NCBI RefSeq assembly: GCF_006345805.1
Contig: NC_043017.1
Coordinates: 15,128,001 to 15,192,000 of the forward strand
Origin: Octopus sinensis
Taxonomy: Eukaryota
DNA length: 64,000 bases
Reading direction: 5' to 3'
Shown here one piece after another: positions 1 to 13,355 of the stretch (positions are counted from its first letter, which is position 1; every line of letters begins with the position of its first letter). Below the pieces are notes generated by a model. The model was not told the DNA's origin and did no database searches. It was given only the letters and a program-made list of their open reading frames with translations. The translations under genes were made by a program, and so were the position numbers.

Positions 1-518
1 AAGCTAAACTAAAGAATATGTCAAGGAATTGTCTTGGAGCAAAGATATCTTTGACGTTCTTTGATCTCAGAACAGACAGATGATTTCCAATCTATATTTT
101 CTGGTTAAGTAGACGTAATTAACCGACAAATTTTACATCAACCATTTACTAGTGTCATTCACAAACCACTTGCTATCATCCGGCTTCTTTCTTCACCGCT
201 TCTATGTCCACCCCGACTTTGACAACAAAGTGGATTATGTGCACGTCTCTCTATTTACTTCTCTCAACCTCACACTTACACTCGTCTTTACTTTTTTCTT
301 TCTTTCTTTCCTTCTGTTTTTCTTTCCTTCCTTCTTTTCTCTCTCTCTCTCCCTCTCTCTTTTTTAATATATGTACATACGGATGCGTGTATACATGTGC
401 CTATTTATATGCGTGTGTGTCTACATGAATGTATGTTGGTAGGTAGGTATTTGGAGAGGCATAAGCATACATATATGATATGTATGTATGTATCTATGTA
501 TGTATGTATGTTTGGTTG

Positions 519-519
<1 letters not shown>

Positions 520-605
<86 letters not shown>
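520..605 (+). repeat. (TATC)n microsatellite
   Basis: Pure tatc tetranucleotide run; similar runs at 11406-11525 and 53306-53402 (as GATA). Confidence 0.95.
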
Positions 606-1140
606 TTGTAAGTCTATCTGTCTATAAATCTATCATTTCCCTATCTCTCTATATGTATTTGTATATTCATATATGAATGAGTGGGTGTGACCCAATGTGT
701 TAATGTATGTACATACATGTGTGTGTGTGTAAATTTATGCATAAAACAATGTATTTTTGTGTGTGCATATATATTCACATATATATATATGTGCGTGTAT
801 GTGTATTATATATATATATATATATACGTTTATATATATATTATGTTACATAATCTCTTTGCGTCTCCATACATGCCTATCCACACTCACACACCCAACC
901 ACACACGTTTCCTTTAATTCAACTTCGTCCCCATTCCCACCCTCCCTCCACATTTCGTTTCTAATAAAGCGATGCCGTCTTTAAAATCCAATTAACTTCA
1001 TGATAATTTTAGAAATATTCACTTTACTTTATATGCACACTAGACCACGATAGCTCTCTCTCTCTCTCTCCCCTCTCTCTCTCTACACACACACATATAT
1101 ATAGGCATATATGTAAACATATATATATATATATATTTAC

Positions 1141-1189
<49 letters not shown>

Positions 1190-2255
1190 ATACATATATA
1201 TATATACACAAACACACATATATATATATATATACATACACATGCACGCATGCACACACACACACACATATATATATATATGTTTGTATGTATATATATA
1301 TATATACATATGTTATTGAATATATGAATATATATGTATTTTATTTATTTTCCAATAAATGTATATGTATTTGAATATAAAGCATACACACATACATAGA
1401 TATATTTATATGTGTGTGCGTATACATATATACACATACAAATATGCATGAACACTCACATACATATATACACATGCACACACCTATATATGTACTAAAT
1501 ATATGTACGTATATTTGTACGCTCTTGTGTATGAGTGTGTGTGTGTGTATACCAATACTTATGTATAATTAAACTAAGAAAAATACTAAGTTATCTAAAA
1601 TTGAAACTTGATTTTATTCCTTTATTCATCTAAGTGGTTTCTTTAATGTTTTCGCATTTCACAATCGTTTACCGTTTATATATAAATGTATGTGTCTCGT
1701 TGTTTGTTTTTGTGCGTCTATGTATGTTTTTCTGTATGTTTATGGGGGAAACATTTTGTAAAGAAATTTATAGTATGAAAAAGACTACGTTTGAACATAT
1801 GAAGAAATGTCTAATCCTTATCGAACTCTCTACAGACATCACTAACTCAGCCACATAACAGAGCGCAACACAACTCGAAACGATGTTGGATTCCTAAATG
1901 CTAGGACTTACAGTTGCGCATACATGGTCACCAGAGCCAAAATACCACAAAAGCTACAAACCTGGCCTTGCTCTTCGAAGACAGAAATTATTTCCGCTAA
2001 CAACTAGCAGACTTTTATACATTTTGAGGTGCGACACACAAAGGCGTTTTGCACCAGCATTAAGATGGCACAATTGTTGTTACACGCGCGTATATCTTAG
2101 ACTACATCGTCTTAAAGAATTTCTGAAAATTCTTAACCATACAGAAACATATAATTTTGAATTCCCACTACCCGTCCATTCCGATATCTAGTCAAGAAGG
2201 TGTCGAAATGAGTTGCAGGGACTTACTGTGCATTCTTTCACGTGTTGGTACTTAC

Positions 2256-2320
2256 CAACATATAAATCCCTTCGTAACAATGGGCAAAGAACAAAACACT
2301 GAATTCCTCTTCAAATTCGT
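2256..2320 (-). other. Possible small internal exon (unverified)
   Basis: Minus strand: ttttcttaattcag|65 nt|gtaagt; two frames open (DEFEEEFSVLFFAHCYEGIYML or TNLKRNSVFCSLPIVTKGFIC); no recognised protein. Confidence 0.15.
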
Positions 2321-2616
2321 CTGAATTAAGAAAACGGACGTCTTCTAATAACGAGAAACATCATCAATGAAGTCACTCGAAACCATTCTGTGGATGTATT
2401 ATTTAAGGGAAATATCTGATGTCAACTGTTACATTCGTTCTTTCGATTAAGACAAAATGGCTCTGAGACGGTTCTCATAGAAAGTATGTTACATAACGAT
2501 CACGACTTCATAACTGTTTGTGTTCATGAATGAAATTTGATTTGTTACACGTTAACGATATGATTGTAAACCATGGTATAAGTTTAATACCATTCACTCC
2601 AATTTTCAGGTTGTTA

Positions 2617-2702
<86 letters not shown>

Positions 2703-3244
2703 ATATAGTATACATATCTGTTCAGGATTAATTAAAGAAACAACAAACGGAAAAATATGACCTACCTGTATACATTAAAAAAAAATCGTGTGGTAAAGAA
2801 AACAGAAGGTCACAAGTTCTTCATCAGTTTCTGGCCAAAGGAGTCAAACGCCACTTCAGCCATTATCGATAATGTTGCTTCTACTCTGCAGGCACCGACA
2901 AGAAACTTGCCGGAAATGGGACCTAAACATAACAAGACGAAACGGGCTCGAGACGAGGACCGTTAGGGGACGGACGGGGCACAAAACAATAAACAGAATA
3001 AAGGCTTAGGGCCACACGAAGACAAGCATTTATAGTGATAATGAATATTCGACGTAAAGCCTTAGGACTGCAAGACAAGACAAAAATGGGTAACGTGAAG
3101 GAGAACTGAAAACTGCGCTAAAGGACAATACACGGAAGAGGTAGTGTGAGGAGGAGGTGAGAAAACCGTGTCCAGGGGGGTTGAAGGAAACACGAGAAAG
3201 ACTGACACCGCCTTAGGTTGTCACGGGTCACGTGATAGTAGGAC

Positions 3245-3275
<31 letters not shown>

Positions 3276-3540
3276 AAGGAAATTAAGAGAAGCAAAGTAG
3301 AAGAAAGAGACAGAGTGGCACAAAAAATATTCCAAGAATATTTCTACAAATGGGTAAAAAGTTATTCAGTGAGGAACGAGTTAGAATAAAGCTCGTCCAC
3401 CTTTAGACTTACCCAGTTCTATCGGCAGCATTATAATATTCTTCCAAGTTTAAGTTTGGCCATTCGTCGAGTGTGAATGTAAAATCGAAGAATTTGGAGT
3501 CAAGAAGGTTTACATACTTACCAAAGTGTATGAAGGTGGG

Positions 3541-3578
<38 letters not shown>

Positions 3579-3772
3579 AATGCGAAAGGATATATATATC
3601 TATATATATATATATATTAGTGTATATGTTAACCGATGTATGTATATATGTACGCATATGTGTATATATGTATATACAATTGCCTAAATATAGGTATGTA
3701 TATACGCGTATGTACGGGAATGTATGTGTGTATGTATATGTGAGTGCATATATGTGTATAAGCATATACACA

Positions 3773-3807
<35 letters not shown>

Positions 3808-4134
3808 CCGATAACTGAATACTAAAGGTCACCCAAAGAGATTCACATGAGTAGTCAACCATGAAGAACAGACTAGAGATACAAACAAATAGAAGACCAA
3901 TCGCATTTAAATGCCAACTGGTACAACCTACTACGGTTCATAGCAGTCCGACAAATGCAATGCCGCGGCAAACACCACGGGTCTTTCAGCCGTTACTAAA
4001 TTCAAACCACAATGAAAAGAGATGGCTTTGAAGTCGGAGATTTTAAAGTAGCTCAGACAACTCTCGTATATCGCCTGAGGAAACACAACGGAATCTCATT
4101 TTGCAAACAACCAGTTGCATAATGGCATACTTGT

Positions 4135-4186
4135 ATTCTTGGAGAACTACGTTGCGTCGAAACAATTGTCGCGAATGATGAATAAA
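4135..4186 (+). ncRNA. Degenerate hammerhead-like motif (Penelope pLTR-like remnant)
   Basis: GAAAC-AATT-GTC with palindromic stem III (ACAATTGT), AATAAA at 4181; 5' core degenerate (CTTGGAGA). Confidence 0.3.
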
Positions 4187-4224
4187 TGTCCAACTGTACT
4201 CCTTCTTGACTCCAATTTCTTTAA

Positions 4225-4257
<33 letters not shown>

Positions 4258-5214
4258 TGTGTGTGTGTGTGCGCGTATGTGTGTGATGCGCATCGCAGAG
4301 TAAGTAAGAAGAACTGAAATAAATTCAAGCATTACAAGGTTTCATTATTGATTAAATACACATTCTTTCTATGATATTGATGAGCAAATGAGAGAGAGAG
4401 AGAGAAAGAGAGAGAGAGATTCCTAATCAACTGTTTCGTTGCAGTTCACTGCCCTTCAATGAAGCTGTTTGCGACTTCCATTTACAATAAATAGCTATTA
4501 TAAAACAATCGTAAATAAATCTATTGTGTGTGTATATATATATATATATATATACACACGCACATACATTCATACAAATATATGCATATGAATGTATAAC
4601 TGATTTAAGACAAAAATATACTAGGATAGCAGAATTTGGTGGTCGGTTCTTTGTGTGAGTGTGAGTATGTTTTGTGTGAGAATATTACAAATACACATAC
4701 ACATACTTATGTATGTAAGTGTGTGTGTGTGTGTGTGTGTGTGTGTTAGGTGTATGTCTGTTCCTTCAAGTCGTTCAGCACAAAGATTTTTCCATACTTA
4801 GATACTTCAAATTTTTCTCCATATTAATTGATATATCGCCGAAAACTATGTTTTGTTTACAATAAATGCCGAGAAACATTGATACATAAATGGCTATGGA
4901 GAGGCAGAGGTGGCTTTAAAGCCCTGCCCCAACACAGGAATTATTGTAAGTAAACAACACACCTACAAATAACAGTACTATATAGTGTCTTTTTTATGGC
5001 TGTAAGCAAACGGAAGATGATAACTGTATCGTCATAATTATATTTTTAACAGGAAGGAAATACTCGTTTCATCTTCTTTCAAAAGACAGCCATGGATATG
5101 AACGCTGAGTACAAAATGTTTATCTTAGAAGATATTTTCTGATTTTCGTTTTAAATCTGATGTTTGTTCTATAGAACTCACGGATGGATGGATGGGTAGG
5201 TAGGTAGATCGGTA

Positions 5215-5308
5215 CATACATACAGACATACATACATACACACATACATACATACATACATACATACACACCTACACACATACATACATACATACACACA
5301 TACATACA

Positions 5309-5342
<34 letters not shown>

Positions 5343-5436
5343 CATACATATATACATACATACATACATACATACATACATACATGCATACATACATACA
5401 TACATACATACATACACACATACATACATACATACA

Positions 5437-5465
<29 letters not shown>
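5215..5465 (+). repeat. (CATA)n microsatellite
   Basis: Long cata run with cacata interruptions; similar tracts at 13910-14148, 26940-27072 and 54830-55195. Confidence 0.95.
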
Positions 5466-5469
<4 letters not shown>

Positions 5470-5479
5470 GCAAATGCCC

Positions 5480-5880
5480 TGGTGTGTACATCAAAGGCAT
5501 GTCAGAACCAGCAGGTATTCACACCTTTAAAAACAAGGAATACTAATAGAATGACCCAAAGAAATCATTCAATTTGCTGCAAACATAACAGACCTGATAT
5601 TGTTCTGTGGGACAGGGGAAGAAACATCCTGCACTGATGTAGAGGTCAGCTGCTGCCCAGCAAATGTGAATGGAGGACAATGAAAAGTCCAGGAGAACAT
5701 TTGTGGGGAATTAGTGTGGAACATACTGCTCTTGTGCGCTCATTCGAATCTATCATCATGGATGCATTAGATTATGTACCAAGAAATGTGCACAAAAACC
5801 AGCAAAAGACAGCAAAAGAATCTGGCGCAGATTCTCCAAATCCAATCTATCAATGACACAGTAAGATATTCCCAAAATTC
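5480..5880 (+). mobile_element. Degenerate 3' fragment of RLE-type non-LTR retrotransposon (R4/Dong-like)
   Basis: Frameshifted translation CKHNRPDIVLWDR...DVEVSC.PANVN...GELVWNI...IIMDALDYVP...LQIQSINDTV matches the PD-(D/E)xK restriction-like endonuclease C-terminus. Confidence 0.7.
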
Positions 5881-6220
5881 TCCATCCGAGAGTCATGTGA
5901 CCCCTGAGATTCCATAAAGGTTTTGTGGGGTCCACGGAATAAAATAGTAAATTGCCTACAATAGAGTTTTAAAGGCCCCTGAAAGAAATTTGTTTTAGCT
6001 GTATGTATTGGTATGTATAGCAAGAAACAGTTGGTTCCTGTCTCGAACGTCTGACGACATAGTTCAACCAGCACAGGTTAATGTGGTGAAAAACAGAATA
6101 GGAATTTTCAAAAAAGTTTCTATAAAACTAGTTTTAACCATCAAATAGCTAAGGGTGTCCACCAGAGCAAAATAATAGTCAAAGGGGTCCATAGATAAAA
6201 AAAATGGTTGAGACACCCTG
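5878..6220. mobile_element. hAT (Charlie-like) MITE, left end eroded
   Basis: Right end ggggtccatagat..aaatggttgagacaccctg and subterminal gacccc/ggggtcc motifs typical of Charlie-type non-autonomous hATs. Confidence 0.6.
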
Positions 6221-6507
6221 GCCTAGATTCTCTTTTCAAGCTTCCTGAATATTATACATGTTTTCTGAATGCGTAGATGTATTTCTATATGTCGGTAACC
6301 ATCTCTCAACAACACAGAACCCAATCTTGTAGCGTTTGCTATGATCCCGGCCAAGACATAATATTCGCTCGCTGCAGGTGCCAACATTACCTTCTTTATT
6401 TTTCTTTTCTCAGTCTTAGTTCAAGGTCCTTGCTAGCGGGTCCGATACATACATATACATATACATATATATAATCCTTAGATGGCATTTGGAAACATTT
6501 AATGTAT

Positions 6508-6548
6508 AGCTATGCACGTTTCCACCAATAGTATGTCTCTTCAGATGA
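6508..6548 (-). ncRNA. Degenerate hammerhead-like motif
   Basis: Minus strand CTGAAGA-gacatactattggtg-GAAAC-gtgc-ATA; core intact but stems I-III carry mismatches. Confidence 0.35.
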
Positions 6549-6775
6549 CGGACCGTATTAATAGGACGGTTACAGTGTAGTCCGTAGTATCCGTAGGCAT
6601 CGGGTTGATCATCTTCATAGATTCATTTCTTCAGGTGATAAAATATCAGTGAATGTTTAACAGAAGGGCGTTTATCTCATTAGATTGTGGCCGGCATAAT
6701 AGGACCTTTATTTGCATATTCAAAATATTTCCCATAATCAAATTCAATGTGTGTGTGTGTATGTGCGTGTGTGTG

Positions 6776-6820
<45 letters not shown>

Positions 6821-7013
6821 TGTGTGTGTGTATGTGTGTGTGTGTGTGTGCTTGTGTATATAATGGAACTGCAACTACAATATCTTTATATATTTTATAT
6901 TCTATTTCTACTTTCATTCTCATATTTCCTTCTATATTCCTTATTTCAGCCTTTTCCATAATAATTCCTTATTTCGAAATCAAATACTTACCTCTAAATA
7001 AGTATCTCACAAC

Positions 7014-7061
7014 ATCTCTGATGAAGGGATATCCATAATATTCCAGAAACAGCTGTAAGAT
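7014..7061 (+). ncRNA. Minimal type I hammerhead ribozyme candidate in a Penelope-like pLTR remnant (~6870-7130)
   Basis: Stem I ATCT/AGAT, CTGATGA (7018-7024), 7-bp stem II GGGATAT/ATATTCC with an extra A on each side, GAAA (7046-7049), palindromic stem III ACAGCTGT, GUA triplet. Confidence 0.65.
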
Positions 7062-7137
7062 CATATCTATATCTTTTTCTTTATAAATATCCTGCAAACT
7101 CATAGCCTTGGCTTTGTTATCTCATTTTGTCTAATTA

Positions 7138-7168
<31 letters not shown>

Positions 7169-7530
7169 GGCGCAGGAGTGGCTGTGTGGTAAGTAGCTTG
7201 CTAACCAACCACACGGTTGCGGGTTCAGTCCCACTGCGTGGCATCTTGGGCAAGTGTCTTCTGTTATAGCCCCGGCCGACCAATGCCTTGTAGTGATTTG
7301 GTAGACGGAAACTGAAAGAAGCCTGTCGTATATATGTATATATATATGTATGCGTGTGTTTGTGTGTCTGTGTTTGTCCCCCTAGCATTGCTTGACAACC
7401 GATGCTGGTGTGTTTAGGTCCCCGTCACTTAGCGGTTCGGCAAAAAGAGACCGATAGAATAAGTACTAAAAGGTGGTGCTCCAGCATGGCCGCAGTCAAA
7501 TGACTGAAACAAGTAAAAGAGTAAAAGAGT
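7169..7530 (+). mobile_element. tRNA-derived CORE-type SINE (family A), near full length
   Basis: Box A TGGCTGTGTGG, box B GGTTCAGTCCC, CORE-like ggcatcttgggcaagtgtctt, internal microsatellite, tail ccagcatggccgcagtcaaatgactgaaacaagtaaaagagtaaaagag; (TA)n on both sides. Confidence 0.85.
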
Positions 7531-7531
7531 A

Positions 7532-7563
<32 letters not shown>

Positions 7564-7598
7564 TATATTATATATATTATATAATATACACATATATA

Positions 7599-8143
7599 TC
7601 TCTTATTATAAAGGCAGATTTTATCTGCCTCCCTTTGTAACTTATAGAAATCTACAATATAGGATTTCTTCAATTACAATTTACCTAGCATTTTTAAGAG
7701 TAGAATGCATCGGGTCATGCCAGGTCCAGTTTTTAAATTTAAACTCCAATTAAGCAAAATTTACAGAAACTCACATTCTGGTGGTATGTCAAATGCTTTT
7801 CTTAATGTGGTTTACACCACACGCACACGCACACACACAGTGTGCAACGAATAAAATGAAAGTAAATAGCGACAGAGTGATTTGAGGAAGACTAAACTGA
7901 AAGTATTTAAACCACTACTCAAAAAATAAAAAAAACACAGCAAACAGAAACAAATAAATACATAACGATTTACTCCTCACACAATTTCTTCAATTAGAGT
8001 TTACCTAAGAATTTTTCAAAGTACTCCATTCGGTCATGCCATAATATATTTCTTTCAATTTCACCCCCAATTAGGACAAAATTCGAGAAAACTCAATATT
8101 TTAAAATTTCACTCCGAAAGCATTGATGTACATGTGTGCGTGC

Positions 8144-8180
<37 letters not shown>

Positions 8181-9261
8181 ATGGGTTGTGCGACACAGAA
8201 AGTGTGGTGTGTAAGTGAAGTGCTTTTGTAGTGTGTGTAAAAGAGACAGACAGAGTGAAAGACAGAAATAACTGAACTTTTTTTTATTCACTTTTTGTAG
8301 TGAGTGACTGAGAGAGAAAAGAGAGAGAGAGAGGTTATGTATTATATATGTATGTATGGCTTCAGTGACACACACACACAAAAACACATACCTACGTACA
8401 CCTAAAGCACGCACACACACACACACAAGCGAGAGTGAACTTCAAAATTTTGGTAGTATTATTTGCGAGCGTACTCTAAGCGCGCGTAATTGAAAGTTTT
8501 TCACTATGATATCATCACGTGCGAAAAAATTCGAAGGGTTTTGAACAATTGAGATACACATGTCACGCCTGTATTGAAACCATTGCTAAGCTGCCGTAAT
8601 TGCTTAATTAAGACTTTGTTTAAATTGAAAGGGGCAAATATGTGACGAGGTTGAAAAAAAAATACCCCAGAAAAAAAAATGTACTGCTGGTATTTATTAA
8701 TTCACTACTATTTTGCTACAATGTCATGAAAAAGAAAAAATTTAGGTATGTAAATCGAATTCGCCACCCCCTTTTCCCCGTTCGCGTTTGTGTAAAAAGA
8801 ATTATTATTTAAGTTTTAGAAATTATTTACTTTGTTCAAAAATATTAATATTAATTAATTTTCAAGAATTATTTAATTTTATTCTAAAATAGTAATTAAT
8901 TCATTTATCTGTAAATCCGCGAGGTTGTTACTCAGGCACCTAGAATGGTAACCTTCAACTAACACTATCTCCTCCGAGACCCTGCGGCGCAAGTTGACCA
9001 AATTGAGAGTATGGTAGAAGAAGGTTGCGCTTCCTTCCATAGAACATAAAATTCAAATCGGACCATGTTAACACCAAAAATTATTTACATCAAAAGATGC
9101 TTTTTTCTATGAAAATCCCTATTTTTTACGATTTTTTCACTGCTGTGTCGCCACTTTTCGGTGTATTTCGACCAGAAAAATGTTCACAAAATTTTTACTT
9201 TTCAAATTTACAATTCCAGCGGGTCGAAACAAACCCGAGCAACGCCGGGCGATACTGCTAG
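7599..9261 (+). mobile_element. Non-autonomous Helitron
   Basis: 5' A|TC start, 3' GC-rich hairpin cccg..cggg (9234-9249) followed by CTAG|T; no TSD; internal ~320-bp-spaced direct repeat (7665-7722 vs 7986-8041). Confidence 0.7.
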
Positions 9262-9524
9262 TATATATATATATTCGTTATCAAGTCAAACCTGTCAAAA
9301 TTTAGATTGTCCAACATCAGTAAATATTCAATTGCTATTCTTAAAAGTGCCTTAAAATAACCACAATTCATCGCATGCATAACCATACATGTATATATGT
9401 AGTTGTTTACGCACACCACACACACAACGAACACGCGTGCACGTAAGCACACACGTATATCTATTTATATTTATACTTATATATAAATACATAAGTATAC
9501 ATATGTGCATGTGTGTATAATTAT

Positions 9525-9576
<52 letters not shown>

Positions 9577-10057
9577 CTGTGTCTGTGTGTGTAAAGATAT
9601 ATACATATATATACATACTCAAACACACTTATATATTCATTACAGCTTCTAACGAAAATATCATATTCTCACAAATTTGGCGATTGAAATCAATTCCCCA
9701 ATTAAAAAATCTGTAAATTCTATTAGGATATTGCTGCGCCAAGGTTTATAATCTTTAATTCGATGCCAAACCAAAGAACAAGATTCGCAATCTTTCAGCA
9801 ACCGTTTCACCTTCTCATCCTTCCGTTACCCAATACCTAAATGCACACGCACACCCTCTTTCTATCAGGCCGAGTTTCTACAAGAAAAGAATTACAATGG
9901 AAATATTGGGGAGGCAATTTAACAAATGGATATTTTAACTTTTTTAATCTTGGAGAGCGATAAACAGGGAAAAAAACTACGCTGTTGAGGTGTTTATATT
10001 TATTTATGTGTAAATAAGTACATATACTGTATATGCACATGTGAGAGGGTGTATGTG

Positions 10058-10098
<41 letters not shown>

Positions 10099-10163
10099 TA
10101 CATATACATATAAATACATATATATATATGTATGTATATATATATATATATATATATATAATA

Positions 10164-10199
<36 letters not shown>

Positions 10200-10209
<10 letters not shown>

Positions 10210-10284
10210 TATATATGTGTCTAAACAGCTTGCTACATACACACACACACACATATAAATACATATATATTATGTTGTATATAT

Positions 10285-10337
<53 letters not shown>

Positions 10338-10429
10338 CTATATATATATATATATATATATATGCGTAATCTGTGTCTAAACAGCTTGCATACATACACA
10401 CACACACACATATAAATACATAATATATA

Positions 10430-10483
<54 letters not shown>

Positions 10484-10580
10484 TATATATATAATATATA
10501 TATATCTATATATATATATGCGTATATATGTGTCTAAACAGCTTGCATATACATACACACACACACACACATATAAAAAT
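10200..10580 (+). repeat. Three-copy ~157-bp tandem repeat embedded in microsatellite
   Basis: Core gtgtctaaacagcttgc at 10217, 10373 and 10530. Confidence 0.85.
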
Positions 10581-10763
10581 ATATATATATGTATGGAATA
10601 TATATATATTAGGGACATAGGCATAGCATATGTATGTGTATGAATATACATTTGTGTACATGTATGTGCGAAATGTTTTGGACTGTAGCTTACGGTGTGT
10701 GTTGTGTTTGTGTGTGTTCGTGTGCGCGTGTGTGTGTGCGCGCGCGCGTGTGTGTGTGCGTGC

Positions 10764-10829
<66 letters not shown>

Positions 10830-11404
10830 GAAATTGTTGTTCTTTTTTTCTGTGAGTTAATTTCTTATTAACTTTTTCTAGCGGAGAGGAAAATTACAAT
10901 TAAATTATATTTTATTCACAGCGAGGGAACACATTTTTAATCTCCATATCGGCAGATTAATCTGGCAGATTGCATATATATATTTACATGTGTGTGTAAT
11001 ATATATATACATAATATTTACACAAGCACACACACACAACTACACACATGTACACATACATACATGCAGACATGAATGTATCCCCAAATATAATACACAC
11101 ACCACACACAGATATATATATATAAATATATATATCTATGTAAACCAGGAAGAGATGAAATCAATTAATATTTAAATCTTCATTCTTTACGCACGTTTCG
11201 ATAATATATTCCAAAAATAAAACAAACTGCTTCCGCATTTTACGTTCACCATTTGTGTTGCCAGTTCAGAGGAAAGGTATAAAAACCTTCAGGCGGAAGA
11301 AAATCTTACAATGGTGTAATGTAAACGATATGCTGACGTTTAGAGAACAGGCTCTCCATGAGAAAAATTAACAAACATCTCTTATCATAAAGTATTACTG
11401 ACAA

Positions 11405-11527
<123 letters not shown>

Positions 11528-12024
11528 TATCAATCTACATCTATTTTTCTCTACAATACACATATAATCATGTATATGTTGTTTGTGTATGTGTATTTAC
11601 ATATATTAATATATATATATATATATATCTTATATATATATTATATGTGGTGGTGTGTGTGTGTGTGTGTGAGGTGTGTGTGTGTGTGTGTGTTGTGTGA
11701 TGTATGTGAAAGATAAACAGAAAGAGAGTGTGTAATCAATGAGAGATGGAAGATGTAATGTAGGAGAATCTTTATTGATCAATACAATCGTTTCAACATA
11801 TCCAGTATCGATCTCTCGCGGTCGGGTTACTATACAATAGGTTTCGATGTTTCCTTCGGTGTAGATGTGTTTCCTCGGGTGATTTCAAGAGGTATCTCGT
11901 TAAAATAGTGTTTCGCAAGATTTCTTCTTAGTCTTCGTATAAAGAAAGGCAAATTAAGGGATACAGCTTCTTTCTTATATTTGTGACCTATGACAAAGAT
12001 ACAAAAAGAAGCAAATACCCAATA

Positions 12025-12820
12025 CGACGTCTGATCAATAAGTATCCGGACTGTTGCCATAGTAACGAAGCTATAGCATGCAGAGTATAGACGCTTGGCA
12101 TATATTGACCTCTGATGTTCGTGCATACTATGTTTTAATGTTGTATCTCACTTCTCTCTGTTTACAGCAGTGCGAGGAACCGTGTAGCATGTGATTGTCA
12201 CATTGACCATGACAGAGAAAGTTGGCATGACGATATCTGCCCAGAGGCTGACACAAAGTTGTAGAAAGTGTATGGAGAGGAGTGTACGATTGGTTCAGAC
12301 GTTTCCAAGATGGCAGAGACAAATGTCGATATTGACGAACGTTCAGGGAGACCCGCAACCAGCAGAACTGAGAAAAGCATCGCAGATGTGTGTGCAGCAG
12401 TGAGGGGAAATCGTCGAATCACCATCCGTGAGTTATCGGAGGATGTGCAGATTAGTTTCAGTTCAGTTCAGTCCATAATCACCGAAGATTTGGGTATGAG
12501 ATGCGAGTCTGCCAAGTTTGTACCAAAACTGCTTTCAGCTGCCCAAAAGGATACTGGAGTTGCACATGATATTGATTGTGTTGAGAATGATGGAAACTTT
12601 TTGAAAACTTTGCGTAGGCCTCTAAGCGTGTATTTCCAAGCTTTTGGCAAAACTTTGATGCAGATTCTCTGCTCAACTTTCTCCGTCATGGTCAATGCGA
12701 CGATCACACACTACACACGTTCCTTCCAAGCACTGCTGTAAACAGCAGAACGTTGAAACTTAGTTCACATGCACATGACAACGATCCGTTGACTGTGGTC
12801 AAAGTGCATCCAAGAATTTG
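12025..12820 (+). mobile_element. Fold-back mariner derivative (pseudo-transposase N-terminus plus inverted copy of the 5' end)
   Basis: TA|cgacgtctgatcaataagtatccggact TIR; HTH region DERSGRP..RITIRELSEDVQIS..FVPKLL; 12605-12780 is the reverse complement of the element's own 5' region (MTEKVEQRICIK..). Confidence 0.8.
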
Positions 12821-12909
12821 ACTTTATCAGATTTATCAAAATTTATCTCTGGCATAATGAAATTAAAACGATTTCGTATTCACACACCTCTCGCATTTCT
12901 TTTGCGGTT

Positions 12910-13140
12910 CAGTGTACTCTAATGCCTCGACATATCACGATTCACCTATCCCAGTTTATTATTTAAGCTTACGTCGGTTCCTCCGCGGAATTGTTTTGCA
13001 TTTATAATAAAATAAATATGTACAAATTATAAAAGTAATTATAATAAAATATACAGTACAGACCCGTTTCTACTTCGCGTATTTTCGCCTATCGCGGGGG
13101 ATTTGGGAACGTAACACCCGCGATAGTCGAGGGATTACTG
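12910..13140. mobile_element. pogo/Tigger-like MITE
   Basis: Right TIR cccgcgatagtcgagggattactg; degenerate left TIR taatgcctcgacatatcacg. Confidence 0.6.
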
Positions 13141-13355
13141 TGTGTGTATATATATATAATGTGCTCACTGTGTATGTATAGATTATATGTATATATATGT
13201 ATTCATACATGTATATATGCATTATATATATAAATTATATGATTTAACTAATTAAACAGAATTCAAAAAATTCATAATTACGTAAATGGAGATTAGATGT
13301 TAATATGGATGATATTATTTTAACACACACACATACACACAAACACGTACATACA

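Noticed and set aside
2780-3250. Possible LTR (tgtcacgggtcacgtga)
   Set aside because: No PBS, PPT, second LTR or TSD found.
3413-3510. Minus-strand exon-like segment (..EEYYNAADRTG|gtaagt), faintly ENaC-like
   Set aside because: Weak acceptor; splicing to the 2256-2320 candidate gives an immediate stop; the similarity is not convincing.
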